A program made the position numbers and the translations under genes. Of a stretch of 13,604 bases of DNA, positions 1 through 8,226 are shown one piece after another. The notes under the pieces are model-generated. The model worked only from the letters and a program-made list of their open reading frames with translations. It did not search any database and had not been told where the DNA came from. The DNA lies in the NCBI GenBank assembly GCA_044352465.1, contig JBILDU010000083.1, forward strand, positions 1 through 13,604, in the 5' to 3' direction. How positions within the stretch are numbered: the first letter of the stretch is position 1; each line of letters begins with the position of its first letter. The DNA is from Bdellovibrionota bacterium (GTDB lineage Bacteria; Bdellovibrionota_C; UBA2361).

Positions 1-1
1 G

Positions 2-766
2 TTAGCGGTCGGCGATGCAGCGTTTGTCGCGAAATGTAAAGACAAAATCGCGGAACTCCGTCGCGCGGGGAAGACGTTAATTCTCGTGAGTCACGATCTC
101 GACGCCGTGGAGCGGTGGTGTGATGAGGTCGTGTGGCTTCATAGCGGGGAGGTAAAGGATCGCGGTGAGCCGCGGCGGGTGATCGATCGATACCGCGCTT
201 TTCTTGAACGGGGTGAAGAAGCCGAGTTGGAGGCCCAGCGGAGTGATACTCCGGTGGGAGAGCGGGCAGACGGGAGCGCAAGTAACGCGACGGACCCGTT
301 TGCGGCGGGGCGGTGGGGGAGTCGAGAGATCGAGGTAACGGCGACGCGGTTACTCAATCAGCACGGGGAAAGCCACCTCCTTTTTCACACCGCCGACCCG
401 ATTCGTATCGAGATCGCCTATGCGGTACGCGAGGCGGTCGGTGAAGTAGTTTTCGGTATCGGAATTCACCGGCTCGATGGGCTCGCTGTTTTCGGAACGA
501 ATACCGCGATCGAGCGGATCGCTCTTCCCGCCCTCGGGGCGAGCGGGGTTGTGACGATCGATTTTGAGCGGCTTGGACTTCTTGAAGGGACGTATCGTCT
601 CGATGTTGCGGTGCATCGCGTCGATGGATATCCGTACGACTACCATCAAGGCGCGCTGCGGTTCTCGGTGCGTTCGGCGGTCAATCATGTCGGGGTTTTT
701 GAACCAGCCCATCGGTGGAACATAACGCCGGAGCTGGGCGAGAGTGGCTTACGGAGAGGCGCATGA
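2..766 (+). CDS. wzt: Polysaccharide ABC transporter ATP-binding subunit (Wzt/RfbB-like) with C-terminal Wzt_C carbohydrate-binding domain; 5' end lies outside the window
   Basis: The frame is open from base 2 and reads LAVGDAAFVAKC...GKTLILVSHDL, the post-Walker-B (AVGD) and H-loop (VSHD) region typical of Wzt/TagH/KpsT. It is followed by a Wzt_C-like region (RWGSREIEV...FGIGIHRLDGLAVFGTNT...LLEGTYRLDVAV). The GTG at 86 in the ORF track is an internal Val. Confidence 0.92.
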   Translation, partial: LAVGDAAFVAKCKDKIAELRRAGKTLILVSHDLDAVERWCDEVVWLHSGEVKDRGEPRRVIDRYRAFLERGEEAELEAQRSDTPVGERADGSASNATDPFAAGRWGSREIEVTATRLLNQHGESHLLFHTADPIRIEIAYAVREAVGEVVFGIGIHRLDGLAVFGTNTAIERIALPALGASGVVTIDFERLGLLEGTYRLDVAVHRVDGYPYDYHQGALRFSVRSAVNHVGVFEPAHRWNITPELGESGLRRGA

Positions 767-1542
767 TCGATCAGGTGAAGGAATTGTGGCGTTTTCGGGC
801 GCTCATCGGGGCGTTGGTCGTGCGCCATCTTTCGATCCGGTATCGGGGCTCGGTGCTCGGCTTCTTGTGGTCGTTTCTCAATCCGCTCTGCCTCATGCTC
901 GTGTACTTCGTCGTTTTTAAGTTTTACATCCGTTACGATTCGGTTCCGAACTACACGATCTTTCTCTTCTGTGGGCTGCTCCCCTGGTTGTGGTTTACAA
1001 GCGCGGTGAGTGAGGGCACGAGTTCGATCGTGAGCAGCGGTCATCTCATCACCAAATCGATGTTTCCGCCGCACGTCTTGCCGACGGTGGCGGTGCTCAC
1101 GACTCTGGTCAATTTTCTCCTCTCACTCCCGCTGCTCTTTATCTTCATGGCATTTGCGGGGATGGATTTCCATGCGGCGCTGCTGGGGCTCCCCTTGGTT
1201 GTCGGGCTCCAGTTTCTCTTCCTCCTCGGCCTGGCGCTCGGTCTCGGCTCTTTAAACGTTCAGTATCGTGACGTGCAGCATCTGGTGACGAATCTTTTGA
1301 CGTTTCTTTTTTTTCTCTGCCCGATCTTGTATCCGGTCGCGGCGGTGCCGGAGCAATTTCGCTTCACCCTTGATATTAACCCGCTCGCTCTTTTTACGGT
1401 CTTTTATCATAGTCTTATTCTCGATGGGGTATGGCCAGCAGCGCGGGCGTGGATCTACCTTACGGGGTGGGTTGTGGTCGTGTTGCTCGCAGGGCACGCG
1501 GTCTTCAACCGTCACCGTGAGGGATTCGCTGAGAGTTTATGA
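763..1542 (+). CDS. wzm: Polysaccharide ABC transporter permease (Wzm/RfbA-like, ABC-2 type)
   Basis: Contains the signature RYRGSVLGFLWSFLNPL, plus YRDVQHLV, PILYP and INPL, in a multi-TM protein. Start reassigned to ATG 763, which overlaps the wzt stop (ATGA 763-766) and has an RBS-like GGAGAGG at 753-759. Confidence 0.93.
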   Translation: MIDQVKELWRFRALIGALVVRHLSIRYRGSVLGFLWSFLNPLCLMLVYFVVFKFYIRYDSVPNYTIFLFCGLLPWLWFTSAVSEGTSSIVSSGHLITKSMFPPHVLPTVAVLTTLVNFLLSLPLLFIFMAFAGMDFHAALLGLPLVVGLQFLFLLGLALGLGSLNVQYRDVQHLVTNLLTFLFFLCPILYPVAAVPEQFRFTLDINPLALFTVFYHSLILDGVWPAARAWIYLTGWVVVVLLAGHAVFNRHREGFAESL

Positions 1543-2630
1543 GCGGACCGATTCATCAGTTCGTCCACACCTTGAGTTACGGCGATGCCATCTCAGGTGA
1601 GGTGTTAGCACTGCAGCGGTGTTTCCGTGCGGCCGGTCGAGAGAGCGAGATATTCGCGTTGAACGTCCATCCGCGGTATGTGGGGAAGGCGCGAAATATC
1701 GATGAGTTCTCCGCCGATTTCGCTGGTGAGGTGGTCTTACATTATTCCCTCGGCTCCAAGTTGAACGGAATTTATGCGGGGTTGCCGCGAGCCACTCGAA
1801 GCCTCATTTACCATAACCTGACACCAGCAAAATGGTTTGAGGGGGTGAATCCACGTATCGTTGCTGATATTCGCGCAGGGCTCGATGAGCTGCCCCGGTT
1901 GTGTGAGGTAACCGATCGGCTCCTCGCGGACTCCGCATTTAATGCCGCGGAGCTCCGTGCACTCGGTTTCGCCGCTGACGTGCTTGAGCTACCGATCGAT
2001 CGTACCAAGTGGTCGATTCCAGCTAATCCGCAGATCGCGACGCTCATCGCGGGTGAGCCGGGATTCCATCTTCTCCATGTCGGACGGATCGCTCCAAATA
2101 AATGTATCGAAGATATCATTCGAACGTTTTGGTTCCTCCACCGCTTCGTTGAGCCGCAAAGTCGACTGTGGCTTGTGGGGATCGATATCGACACTGAGCT
2201 GTACTCATATACTTTAAAGCGACTCGTGCACGATCTGGAGTTAGGGGAAGCGGTGACTTTTGCGGGGTGCCTCACTGACGATGAGGTGCGCGCCCTCTAC
2301 GAGGGTTCGACGGCGTACCTGTGCATGAGTGAGCATGAGGGGTTTTGTCTCCCCCTGATTGAGGCGATGCATTTCGGGCTCCCCGTGGTGGCGTTCGGTT
2401 CGTCGGCGGTGCCCGATACTATGGGTAGTGGGGGGATCGTCGTAGCGGAGAAACGTTTTGCTGAGATAGCGGAGATCCTCGGAGAGATATATCGAGACAA
2501 CACCCTGCGACAACGGCTGCGCGATGCCGGTCGGGCCCGGGTAGCGGGGCTTTCGATCGAGCGGTTCGAGGCGCAGGTGGGGGCGCTCTTTGGAGCGCCG
2601 GTGCGGTCGCGCGCAGCGGTTGGAGGATAG
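1539..2630 (+). CDS. GT4-family (GT-B fold, retaining) glycosyltransferase
   Basis: Motifs YGDAIS, IYHNLTP, VGRIAPNK and the GT4 EX7E signature SEHEGFCLPLIEAM. ATGA overlap with the wzm stop at 1539-1542. Confidence 0.92.
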   Translation: MSGPIHQFVHTLSYGDAISGEVLALQRCFRAAGRESEIFALNVHPRYVGKARNIDEFSADFAGEVVLHYSLGSKLNGIYAGLPRATRSLIYHNLTPAKWFEGVNPRIVADIRAGLDELPRLCEVTDRLLADSAFNAAELRALGFAADVLELPIDRTKWSIPANPQIATLIAGEPGFHLLHVGRIAPNKCIEDIIRTFWFLHRFVEPQSRLWLVGIDIDTELYSYTLKRLVHDLELGEAVTFAGCLTDDEVRALYEGSTAYLCMSEHEGFCLPLIEAMHFGLPVVAFGSSAVPDTMGSGGIVVAEKRFAEIAEILGEIYRDNTLRQRLRDAGRARVAGLSIERFEAQVGALFGAPVRSRAAVGG

Positions 2631-2635
2631 CGCCG

Positions 2636-3862
2636 ATGGCGTTTGTCGTGGGTTTTGATACGAGCGCGCTGGATCCTTCCTTTAAAGAGCACGCCGCGCG
2701 AGGAATCGGCCGTTATGTGCGGGAGCTCACGAACTTCTTTGATCGATTTCAGGGAGAGGAAGCGCGTGGTCTGAAAGTCGAGTATTTCGACCACACCCTT
2801 TTTAAAGCTCCACCGCTGATCGACAAATTTATCGAATGTGCCCCGCTTGGGCGGCAGACTCTCCGCCAACAGGTCGTCTATCCGCTCTATGTGGGGGGAA
2901 GACGCACCGACCGCTTCGAGGCGCTCCACTTTCCCGCCCACATGGATGCGCCCTCGTGGTCGGGGAAGCGCTATGTTTTGACCGTCCTCGATCTGATTCC
3001 GCTTATTTGTCGAGACCTCTACGCCGCTTCCCAGCCGGGATGGCGTTTCCGATTGGCGCGCGCATTGGAGCTGAGAGCTATTCGGGGTGCTGCGGTCATC
3101 GTCGCGATCAGTGAGAACACCGCCCGTGATGTCGAGCGCATCTTGGGCATTCCGCCGGAGCGAATCGTGGTGACGCCTCTGGGAGTCGACGGGCGTTTTT
3201 TCAAGGGTGCGCAGAGTCTTGAGTGCGAGGTGGCGCTGCGCCAACGGTATCGCCTCCCGGCGGAGAGACCGGTGATTCTGTACGTTGGGGGGATCGATCA
3301 ACGGAAAAATTATCGGGGACTCCTCAAGATATTTGCGGAGGTGCTCCGCGAGCGGGGAGCGCGGGGCGAGCCGCTACCGGTGCTTGCTCTCGTTGGCCGA
3401 ATCTCTGGTGATAAGGAGTATCCGGGGCTTCGCAAGGTGATGAGCGATAGCGGTGTGGCCGATGCGGTCATCGAAACGGGCTATGTTCCGGACGAGGATC
3501 TGCCAGGGCTCTATCGTCTCAGCGCAGCTTTTCTCTTTCCGAGCCTCTACGAGGGGTTTGGGATGCCGCCATTAGAGGCGATGGCGGCGGGGCTTCCTGT
3601 AGTGAGCTCGAACACTTCGGCGATGCCCGAGGTTGTGGGGGATAGTGGGGTGCTCTTTGACCCCCACGATATCGGTGGGGGAGCGCGCGGAGTGCTCGAG
3701 ATATTGTCAAATCCGGCCCTCGCCGAGCGATTGCGCCGATCTGGCCCAGAGCGGGCGCGGACTTTCACCTGGGAGCGGACAGGTCTGAAAACGTTGGAGG
3801 CGTACCGGCGCCTCGCCGGAGATGCTGCTCGCGATCGTTCGCCGCCAGCGGCTCGCTTATAA
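2636..3862 (+). CDS. GT4-family glycosyltransferase, MtfB/WbpY-like subgroup (mannosyl/rhamnosyl-type likely)
   Basis: Motifs GIGRY, TVLDLIP, AISENTARD, YVGGIDQRKN and FPSLYEGFGMPPLEAMAAG. RBS GGAGGA lies just upstream (~2622-2627). Confidence 0.93.
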   Translation: MAFVVGFDTSALDPSFKEHAARGIGRYVRELTNFFDRFQGEEARGLKVEYFDHTLFKAPPLIDKFIECAPLGRQTLRQQVVYPLYVGGRRTDRFEALHFPAHMDAPSWSGKRYVLTVLDLIPLICRDLYAASQPGWRFRLARALELRAIRGAAVIVAISENTARDVERILGIPPERIVVTPLGVDGRFFKGAQSLECEVALRQRYRLPAERPVILYVGGIDQRKNYRGLLKIFAEVLRERGARGEPLPVLALVGRISGDKEYPGLRKVMSDSGVADAVIETGYVPDEDLPGLYRLSAAFLFPSLYEGFGMPPLEAMAAGLPVVSSNTSAMPEVVGDSGVLFDPHDIGGGARGVLEILSNPALAERLRRSGPERARTFTWERTGLKTLEAYRRLAGDAARDRSPPAARL

Positions 3863-3934
3863 CCAGCTGTATTTAATATATTTTATTATCCTGTTCGATG
3901 GTACTTCCCCGTTGAACATGGTATAGAAATCGCC

Positions 3935-5905
3935 ATGTCGTCTGGCCGTCGTTCCCGTTTCTCAGAGTCAAACTTTCTTCTGCTGGCCGTTGCCTGTGCG
4001 GCGGCGTTGCGGCTCGACTTTTTATTCGCGGCGAACTTCGTCCTTGATGGAGACGAGGCGATCGTTGGGCTCATGGCGAAGCATATCGTCGAAGGAGGCC
4101 AGGTCCCGATCTTCTACTACGGCCAACATTACATGGGGTCACTTGAGGCGATCCTCGTCAGCGGCCTCTTCTCGCTCATGGGCGTCTCCACCGTTGCTCT
4201 TAAAGCGGTGCCGTTTCTGTTTTCGCTGGCGCTGGTGCCGTTGGTCTATCGCCTCGGTCGAGAGATCACCGGTGAATTCGGTGCTCGGGTTGCGACGATT
4301 CTTATCGCCATCCCCCCTTCCCCGCTCGTGATCTGGAGCTCGATGGCGCGGGGTGGATTCATTGAACTAGTCGTCATCGGGGTCGGAGCCATGCTCCTGC
4401 TTTGTCGGTGGTTAAAAGCTCCCCGAGCTCCGGTGTGGGGGACGGTGTGTATTGGGGGGGCGCTAGGTCTTGGGTGGTGGGTCAATTTTCAGATTATCTA
4501 CTTTGTGGGTCCGATCGGCCTTTTCATGCTGTGTCACCTGCTGCGGAGCGGAGCTGGCGCGATGCGGCGGATCGCCGTCCACCTCGGTGTGGGGATCGTT
4601 GCCTTTATCGTGGGGAGTCTTCCGTTTTGGATCTACAATCTGGAGCACAGCTTCGTCTCTTTTGAGATGTTTGAGTCGGCGAAAGAGGGCCGTTTTACCA
4701 AGCACCTGAGCGGGTTTTTTACGGTTGCGCTTCCGACGATCCTTGGAGCGAAGCGTTTCTGGAATCCAGCCGATCTCTTCCCCGGCAGCACGCTTCTGGT
4801 GGGGCTCCTCTATGGGCTCACCCTCCTCGCTCTTGTCTTGATGCGCCGGCGTCAGATCGTGGCGTTCATGCGGTTGAGGGTCGATAGTCGCGCACCGGTC
4901 GAGCTTCTGCTCGTTTTCATCGTGACGGTCGGAGTCGTTTTTTGTGCGAGTTCTTTCGGTTTTCTCTTTCAGGCGCCGCGGTATCTTTTGCCGATCTACC
5001 CCGGAATATTTTTGTTGGTTGGGGTCGTCCTCAACCGGTGGAAAAGATGGAACCGCTCGCTGGCGGTGGCGCTCGCGGCCTTCATCGTGGGACTCAACCT
5101 CACCTCGAGTTATATAGGGGGCCGCGCGATTCCGGGCGAGCCGTTCGTTTTCAATGGTGAGCGGGTATCCCGTGACCATACAGAGCTCATCCAGTGGCTC
5201 GAGGGGAACGATATCAGGTGGGTTCGCACGAATTATTGGATCGGCTATCGACTTGCTCTCGAGACCGCCGAGCGGGTGCGCTTTCGGGTCTTCCAGGAGC
5301 CGGAGCAGGAGCGGATTGAGCAGTATATCGAGGCGAGCGCTGCTTTCGATGAGGAGACGATGCCGCTGGTGCTGGTTCCAGCGCAGGCGAAGCTTGTGGC
5401 GCGGGCGCTGGAGTTTCAAGGGATCTTGTTCGAACGGGTAGCGCTCTCGGGGTATGAGGTCTTTTATCGCTTAAAAGTTACCCGACCCGACCTGAAGCCG
5501 TTGGGAAATGAGCGAATCGGGAAGCTCACCGCCTCGTCGAGGGGTGAGACCGCTGCCGCGGTGCTCGATGGGGATCTGCAAACCCGGTGGGGGAGTGGTA
5601 CGCCCCAAAGACCGGGGATGAGCTTCGTCGTTGAATTTGTAGGGCCCGTTGACCTCCGTGGGCTCCGGTATCATCTCGGAGCTTTTAAATCGGACTATCC
5701 GCGTCTCCTTGATGTTGAGTTACAGCTCGCGAACGGGGAGACTCGGCGTATCGTCGAGAAGGATGACTCCGTGGCGCTGCGTTACTATTCGGGGCCGATA
5801 ACGCTTACGTTTCCGCGGGCGAGGGTCCGGGGGGTTAAGTTCACTCAGCTCGGGCGAGATCGGGTGTTTGACTGGAGCATCGCGGAGCTTCAATTTTTCG
5901 AGTAA
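3935..5905 (+). CDS. GT-C fold integral-membrane glycosyltransferase (PMT/ArnT, GT39/GT83-like) with C-terminal discoidin (F5/8 type C, CBM32-like) domain
   Basis: An N-terminal TM helix is followed by the acidic loop DGDEAIVGLMAKHI...FYYGQHYMG, about 10 or more hydrophobic segments and a late PRYLLP motif. The C-terminal segment LTASS...AVLDGDLQTRWGS...WSIAELQFFE resembles F5/8 type C. Confidence 0.82.
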   Translation: MSSGRRSRFSESNFLLLAVACAAALRLDFLFAANFVLDGDEAIVGLMAKHIVEGGQVPIFYYGQHYMGSLEAILVSGLFSLMGVSTVALKAVPFLFSLALVPLVYRLGREITGEFGARVATILIAIPPSPLVIWSSMARGGFIELVVIGVGAMLLLCRWLKAPRAPVWGTVCIGGALGLGWWVNFQIIYFVGPIGLFMLCHLLRSGAGAMRRIAVHLGVGIVAFIVGSLPFWIYNLEHSFVSFEMFESAKEGRFTKHLSGFFTVALPTILGAKRFWNPADLFPGSTLLVGLLYGLTLLALVLMRRRQIVAFMRLRVDSRAPVELLLVFIVTVGVVFCASSFGFLFQAPRYLLPIYPGIFLLVGVVLNRWKRWNRSLAVALAAFIVGLNLTSSYIGGRAIPGEPFVFNGERVSRDHTELIQWLEGNDIRWVRTNYWIGYRLALETAERVRFRVFQEPEQERIEQYIEASAAFDEETMPLVLVPAQAKLVARALEFQGILFERVALSGYEVFYRLKVTRPDLKPLGNERIGKLTASSRGETAAAVLDGDLQTRWGSGTPQRPGMSFVVEFVGPVDLRGLRYHLGAFKSDYPRLLDVELQLANGETRRIVEKDDSVALRYYSGPITLTFPRARVRGVKFTQLGRDRVFDWSIAELQFFE

Positions 5906-5916
5906 CGGGGAGTGCG

Positions 5917-7173
5917 GTGTACCGAGCTTTGCATTTTGTACTTCGGTTTATCTTACGGCAATTTTTCGCCGAAGTAAGGCTCACTGGCGCGACACCCGTT
6001 GAGGATGGTCCGGTGATTATCCTCGGCAACCATCCCAACATGGCGCTCGATTCGCTCGTCATCGCTTCGGTGTACGAGCGGGAATTGTGGTTTCTTGGTA
6101 AGGCGACACTCTTTCGAAACCCTATTGTGGCGGGGCTTCTGGCGAAGCTCCATGTCATTCCGGTTGAGCGCCGTCAGGATTCGCCGACCGATGCGGTGCA
6201 GAACGATGAGACGTTTCGTCGGGCTGCGGCGGTGCTCGAATCACGGGGGGCTCTCGCCCTATTTCCGGAAGGGGTGAGTAGAGCTGAGCGTAAAATCTCG
6301 CCGTTAAAGACCGGAGCAGCGCGCATCGCTTTTCAGGCCGAGTCGCCGCGTCATTTCTCCGGTGGGCTCGTGATTCAGCCGGTTGGGATAACGTACAGCG
6401 ATCTTCACGCTTTTCGTAGTGCGGTGACGGTGACCTTTGGAGAGTCGATTAAAGTTGCCGATTTCGCCGCCGCTTTTGCGAGCGATGCGGTCGGTACGGT
6501 GCGGGCGCTCACCGCCCGATGTCAGGCCGAGCTTGAAGCTGTGACGGTTCAGATCAGTCTGGTGGAGCATCAGGCGTTTATCGAGAAGATCGCCCGCCTC
6601 TATCGGTCAAAAGGGTCAGCGCTTGATGAGCGGGCCCGTCTCGCGGTCATCGCGCAAAACGTTGAGTCCTTGGCACCTCGCTATCCCGAACGGTGTGCGG
6701 AACTTAAGCGGCGTATCGACGATTATCTTGATGTTGCGGGGATATTCGCCATCGAGGGGGATGCTCCACTTGAAGAGCCGGAAGATGCCCTCCCGAATCT
6801 TGTGCTGACGCCGATCGTCGCGTTCGGCGTTCTCACCCACCTGATCCCTTACCGTGTGATCGCGGTGTTGGCTGAGCGGGCGAGCGAGCCGGTGAGTCTC
6901 GCTTCGCTGAAACTTGGGCTCGGGATCGTACTCTTTCCCTTGTGGTATCTCTTTTTGATGGCGCTGACCGTCTCGATAAGTGGCAGTTGGTGGTGGGGCG
7001 CGTGGGTCGGTTGTATGACCGTTCTTGCAGGCTATGCAGCGAACCACTCTCTTCACCGAGTACGTCTTTTTCTCCTCGCCAAGTTGTGGCCGGGCAAGCG
7101 TAAGCCGGTCGAGGTAGTGCGGATACTTCGCGATGACCTGATAGCGGAGCTTGAACGGGTGAGGATCGCATGA
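5917..7173 (+). CDS. Glycerolipid/lysophospholipid acyltransferase (PlsC/LPLAT superfamily, HX5D variant) with C-terminal membrane helices
   Basis: Block I GNHPNMALDS, FLGKATLF, IPVERRQD, block III ALFPEG, and LKTGAARIA / IQPVGITY. GTG start with a GGGAG RBS 11 bp after the upstream stop. Confidence 0.88.
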   Translation: MYRALHFVLRFILRQFFAEVRLTGATPVEDGPVIILGNHPNMALDSLVIASVYERELWFLGKATLFRNPIVAGLLAKLHVIPVERRQDSPTDAVQNDETFRRAAAVLESRGALALFPEGVSRAERKISPLKTGAARIAFQAESPRHFSGGLVIQPVGITYSDLHAFRSAVTVTFGESIKVADFAAAFASDAVGTVRALTARCQAELEAVTVQISLVEHQAFIEKIARLYRSKGSALDERARLAVIAQNVESLAPRYPERCAELKRRIDDYLDVAGIFAIEGDAPLEEPEDALPNLVLTPIVAFGVLTHLIPYRVIAVLAERASEPVSLASLKLGLGIVLFPLWYLFLMALTVSISGSWWWGAWVGCMTVLAGYAANHSLHRVRLFLLAKLWPGKRKPVEVVRILRDDLIAELERVRIA

Positions 7174-8132
7174 TGCGAATCCTGCTACACCGCTGGACCC
7201 AACGAGTTGTTGCCGCGGCTTTAGTCGTCGCACTCCTTCTTTCGGTGGACGGCACCGAGCTTATCGGAGCGCTCAGCCAGTTAAGTGTGCCGTTGGGCAT
7301 ATATCTCCTCTACATCTCCGGGGTACTCATTTACCTCAGTGCCCTTAAATGGAAGCTCTTTCTCGAGAGCTTTGGGTGTGTGGTGTCGTTAGCCCGGCTG
7401 AATGCGCTCTATTACGTTGGATATTTTGTGAATCTTATCCTGCCGTCGCATTTGGGGGGTGACGCAGTGCGGAGTTGGTATCTCGGGAAGTCTGTGGGGC
7501 AACACGAGGCGTTTGCAGCCACGCTTCTCGAACGACTCCTCGGTCTTGTGGCGATGCTGGGGCTGGCCCTCATCTCAATCTGGTTCGTGCCGAGCGCGTC
7601 GGTCGCGGTACGGGGGGCGATCGTTTGTATGGCAGTGGGGCTTGGCCTCGCCGTTGGGTGCCTCCTTTCGCCGTGGTGCTTGGCCGTCGTTGCGCGACTC
7701 CCCCGTATCGGCCGTTTCGTGGTTCATCTGCAGAAGGTCCAAGGGGTGCTCCGTGGAGCGGCAGCGAATCGTGCGGTGCTCCTGAAGGCGCTTGTGCTTT
7801 CGCTCCTCTTTCACTCGATCACCGTGGTGAATACGGTTGCAGCCGCCGCTGCGGTCGGTTGGTTTGGGGTGCCGTACGCGGATCTCTTTGTGGTGTTACC
7901 CATCATTCTCCTCATCGGCTCCTTACCCATCACTCCGAGCGGGTTGGGGCTGCAAGAGGGGGCATTTCTCTATTTTCTTACCGGCCTTGGGGCAACACCG
8001 GCGCAAGCGCTCGGTGTTGGGGTGATATTGAGGATTAAATCGTATGTGCTTGCCGCGATCGGTGGACTCGTCTGGTGGTCGGTGCGGCAGGAGCAGCGAG
8101 TGTCGGCAAAAGGTGAGGGGGGAGCTCCCTAA
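7170..8132 (+). CDS. Lysylphosphatidylglycerol-synthase TM / flippase-like membrane protein (UPF0104/AglD2-type)
   Basis: Motifs ALKWKLFL, GYFVNLILPSHLGGDAVR, LLERLLG and LPITPSGLGLQEG in a polytopic membrane protein. ATGA overlap with the acyltransferase stop at 7170-7173. Confidence 0.88.
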   Translation: MMRILLHRWTQRVVAAALVVALLLSVDGTELIGALSQLSVPLGIYLLYISGVLIYLSALKWKLFLESFGCVVSLARLNALYYVGYFVNLILPSHLGGDAVRSWYLGKSVGQHEAFAATLLERLLGLVAMLGLALISIWFVPSASVAVRGAIVCMAVGLGLAVGCLLSPWCLAVVARLPRIGRFVVHLQKVQGVLRGAAANRAVLLKALVLSLLFHSITVVNTVAAAAAVGWFGVPYADLFVVLPIILLIGSLPITPSGLGLQEGAFLYFLTGLGATPAQALGVGVILRIKSYVLAAIGGLVWWSVRQEQRVSAKGEGGAP

Positions 8133-8226
8133 CGAAGTTCAGTCTCCAAAGAGGTGTTGCACGAATCGCTCTTCGGCCTAGAGAAAGCGACCGAGATATG
8201 GTGCTTCGACGGCTGCTGTCAGGGGA

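Noticed and set aside
715..762. Longer N-terminus for wzm (MEHNAGAG...)
   Set aside because: It would overlap wzt by 52 nt. ATG 763 has an RBS and the canonical ATGA coupling.
1307..4460. Homopolymers T8 (1307-1314, in wzm) and G7 (4454-4460, in the GT-C gene) as phase-variation tracts
   Set aside because: Both are short, in frame, and explained by Phe and Gly codons in membrane proteins.
2297..5419. Long antisense ORFs 2297-3301 (334 aa) and 4463-5419 (318 aa)
   Set aside because: They lie opposite well-supported genes and show no motifs. Long antisense frames are expected in GC-rich coding DNA.
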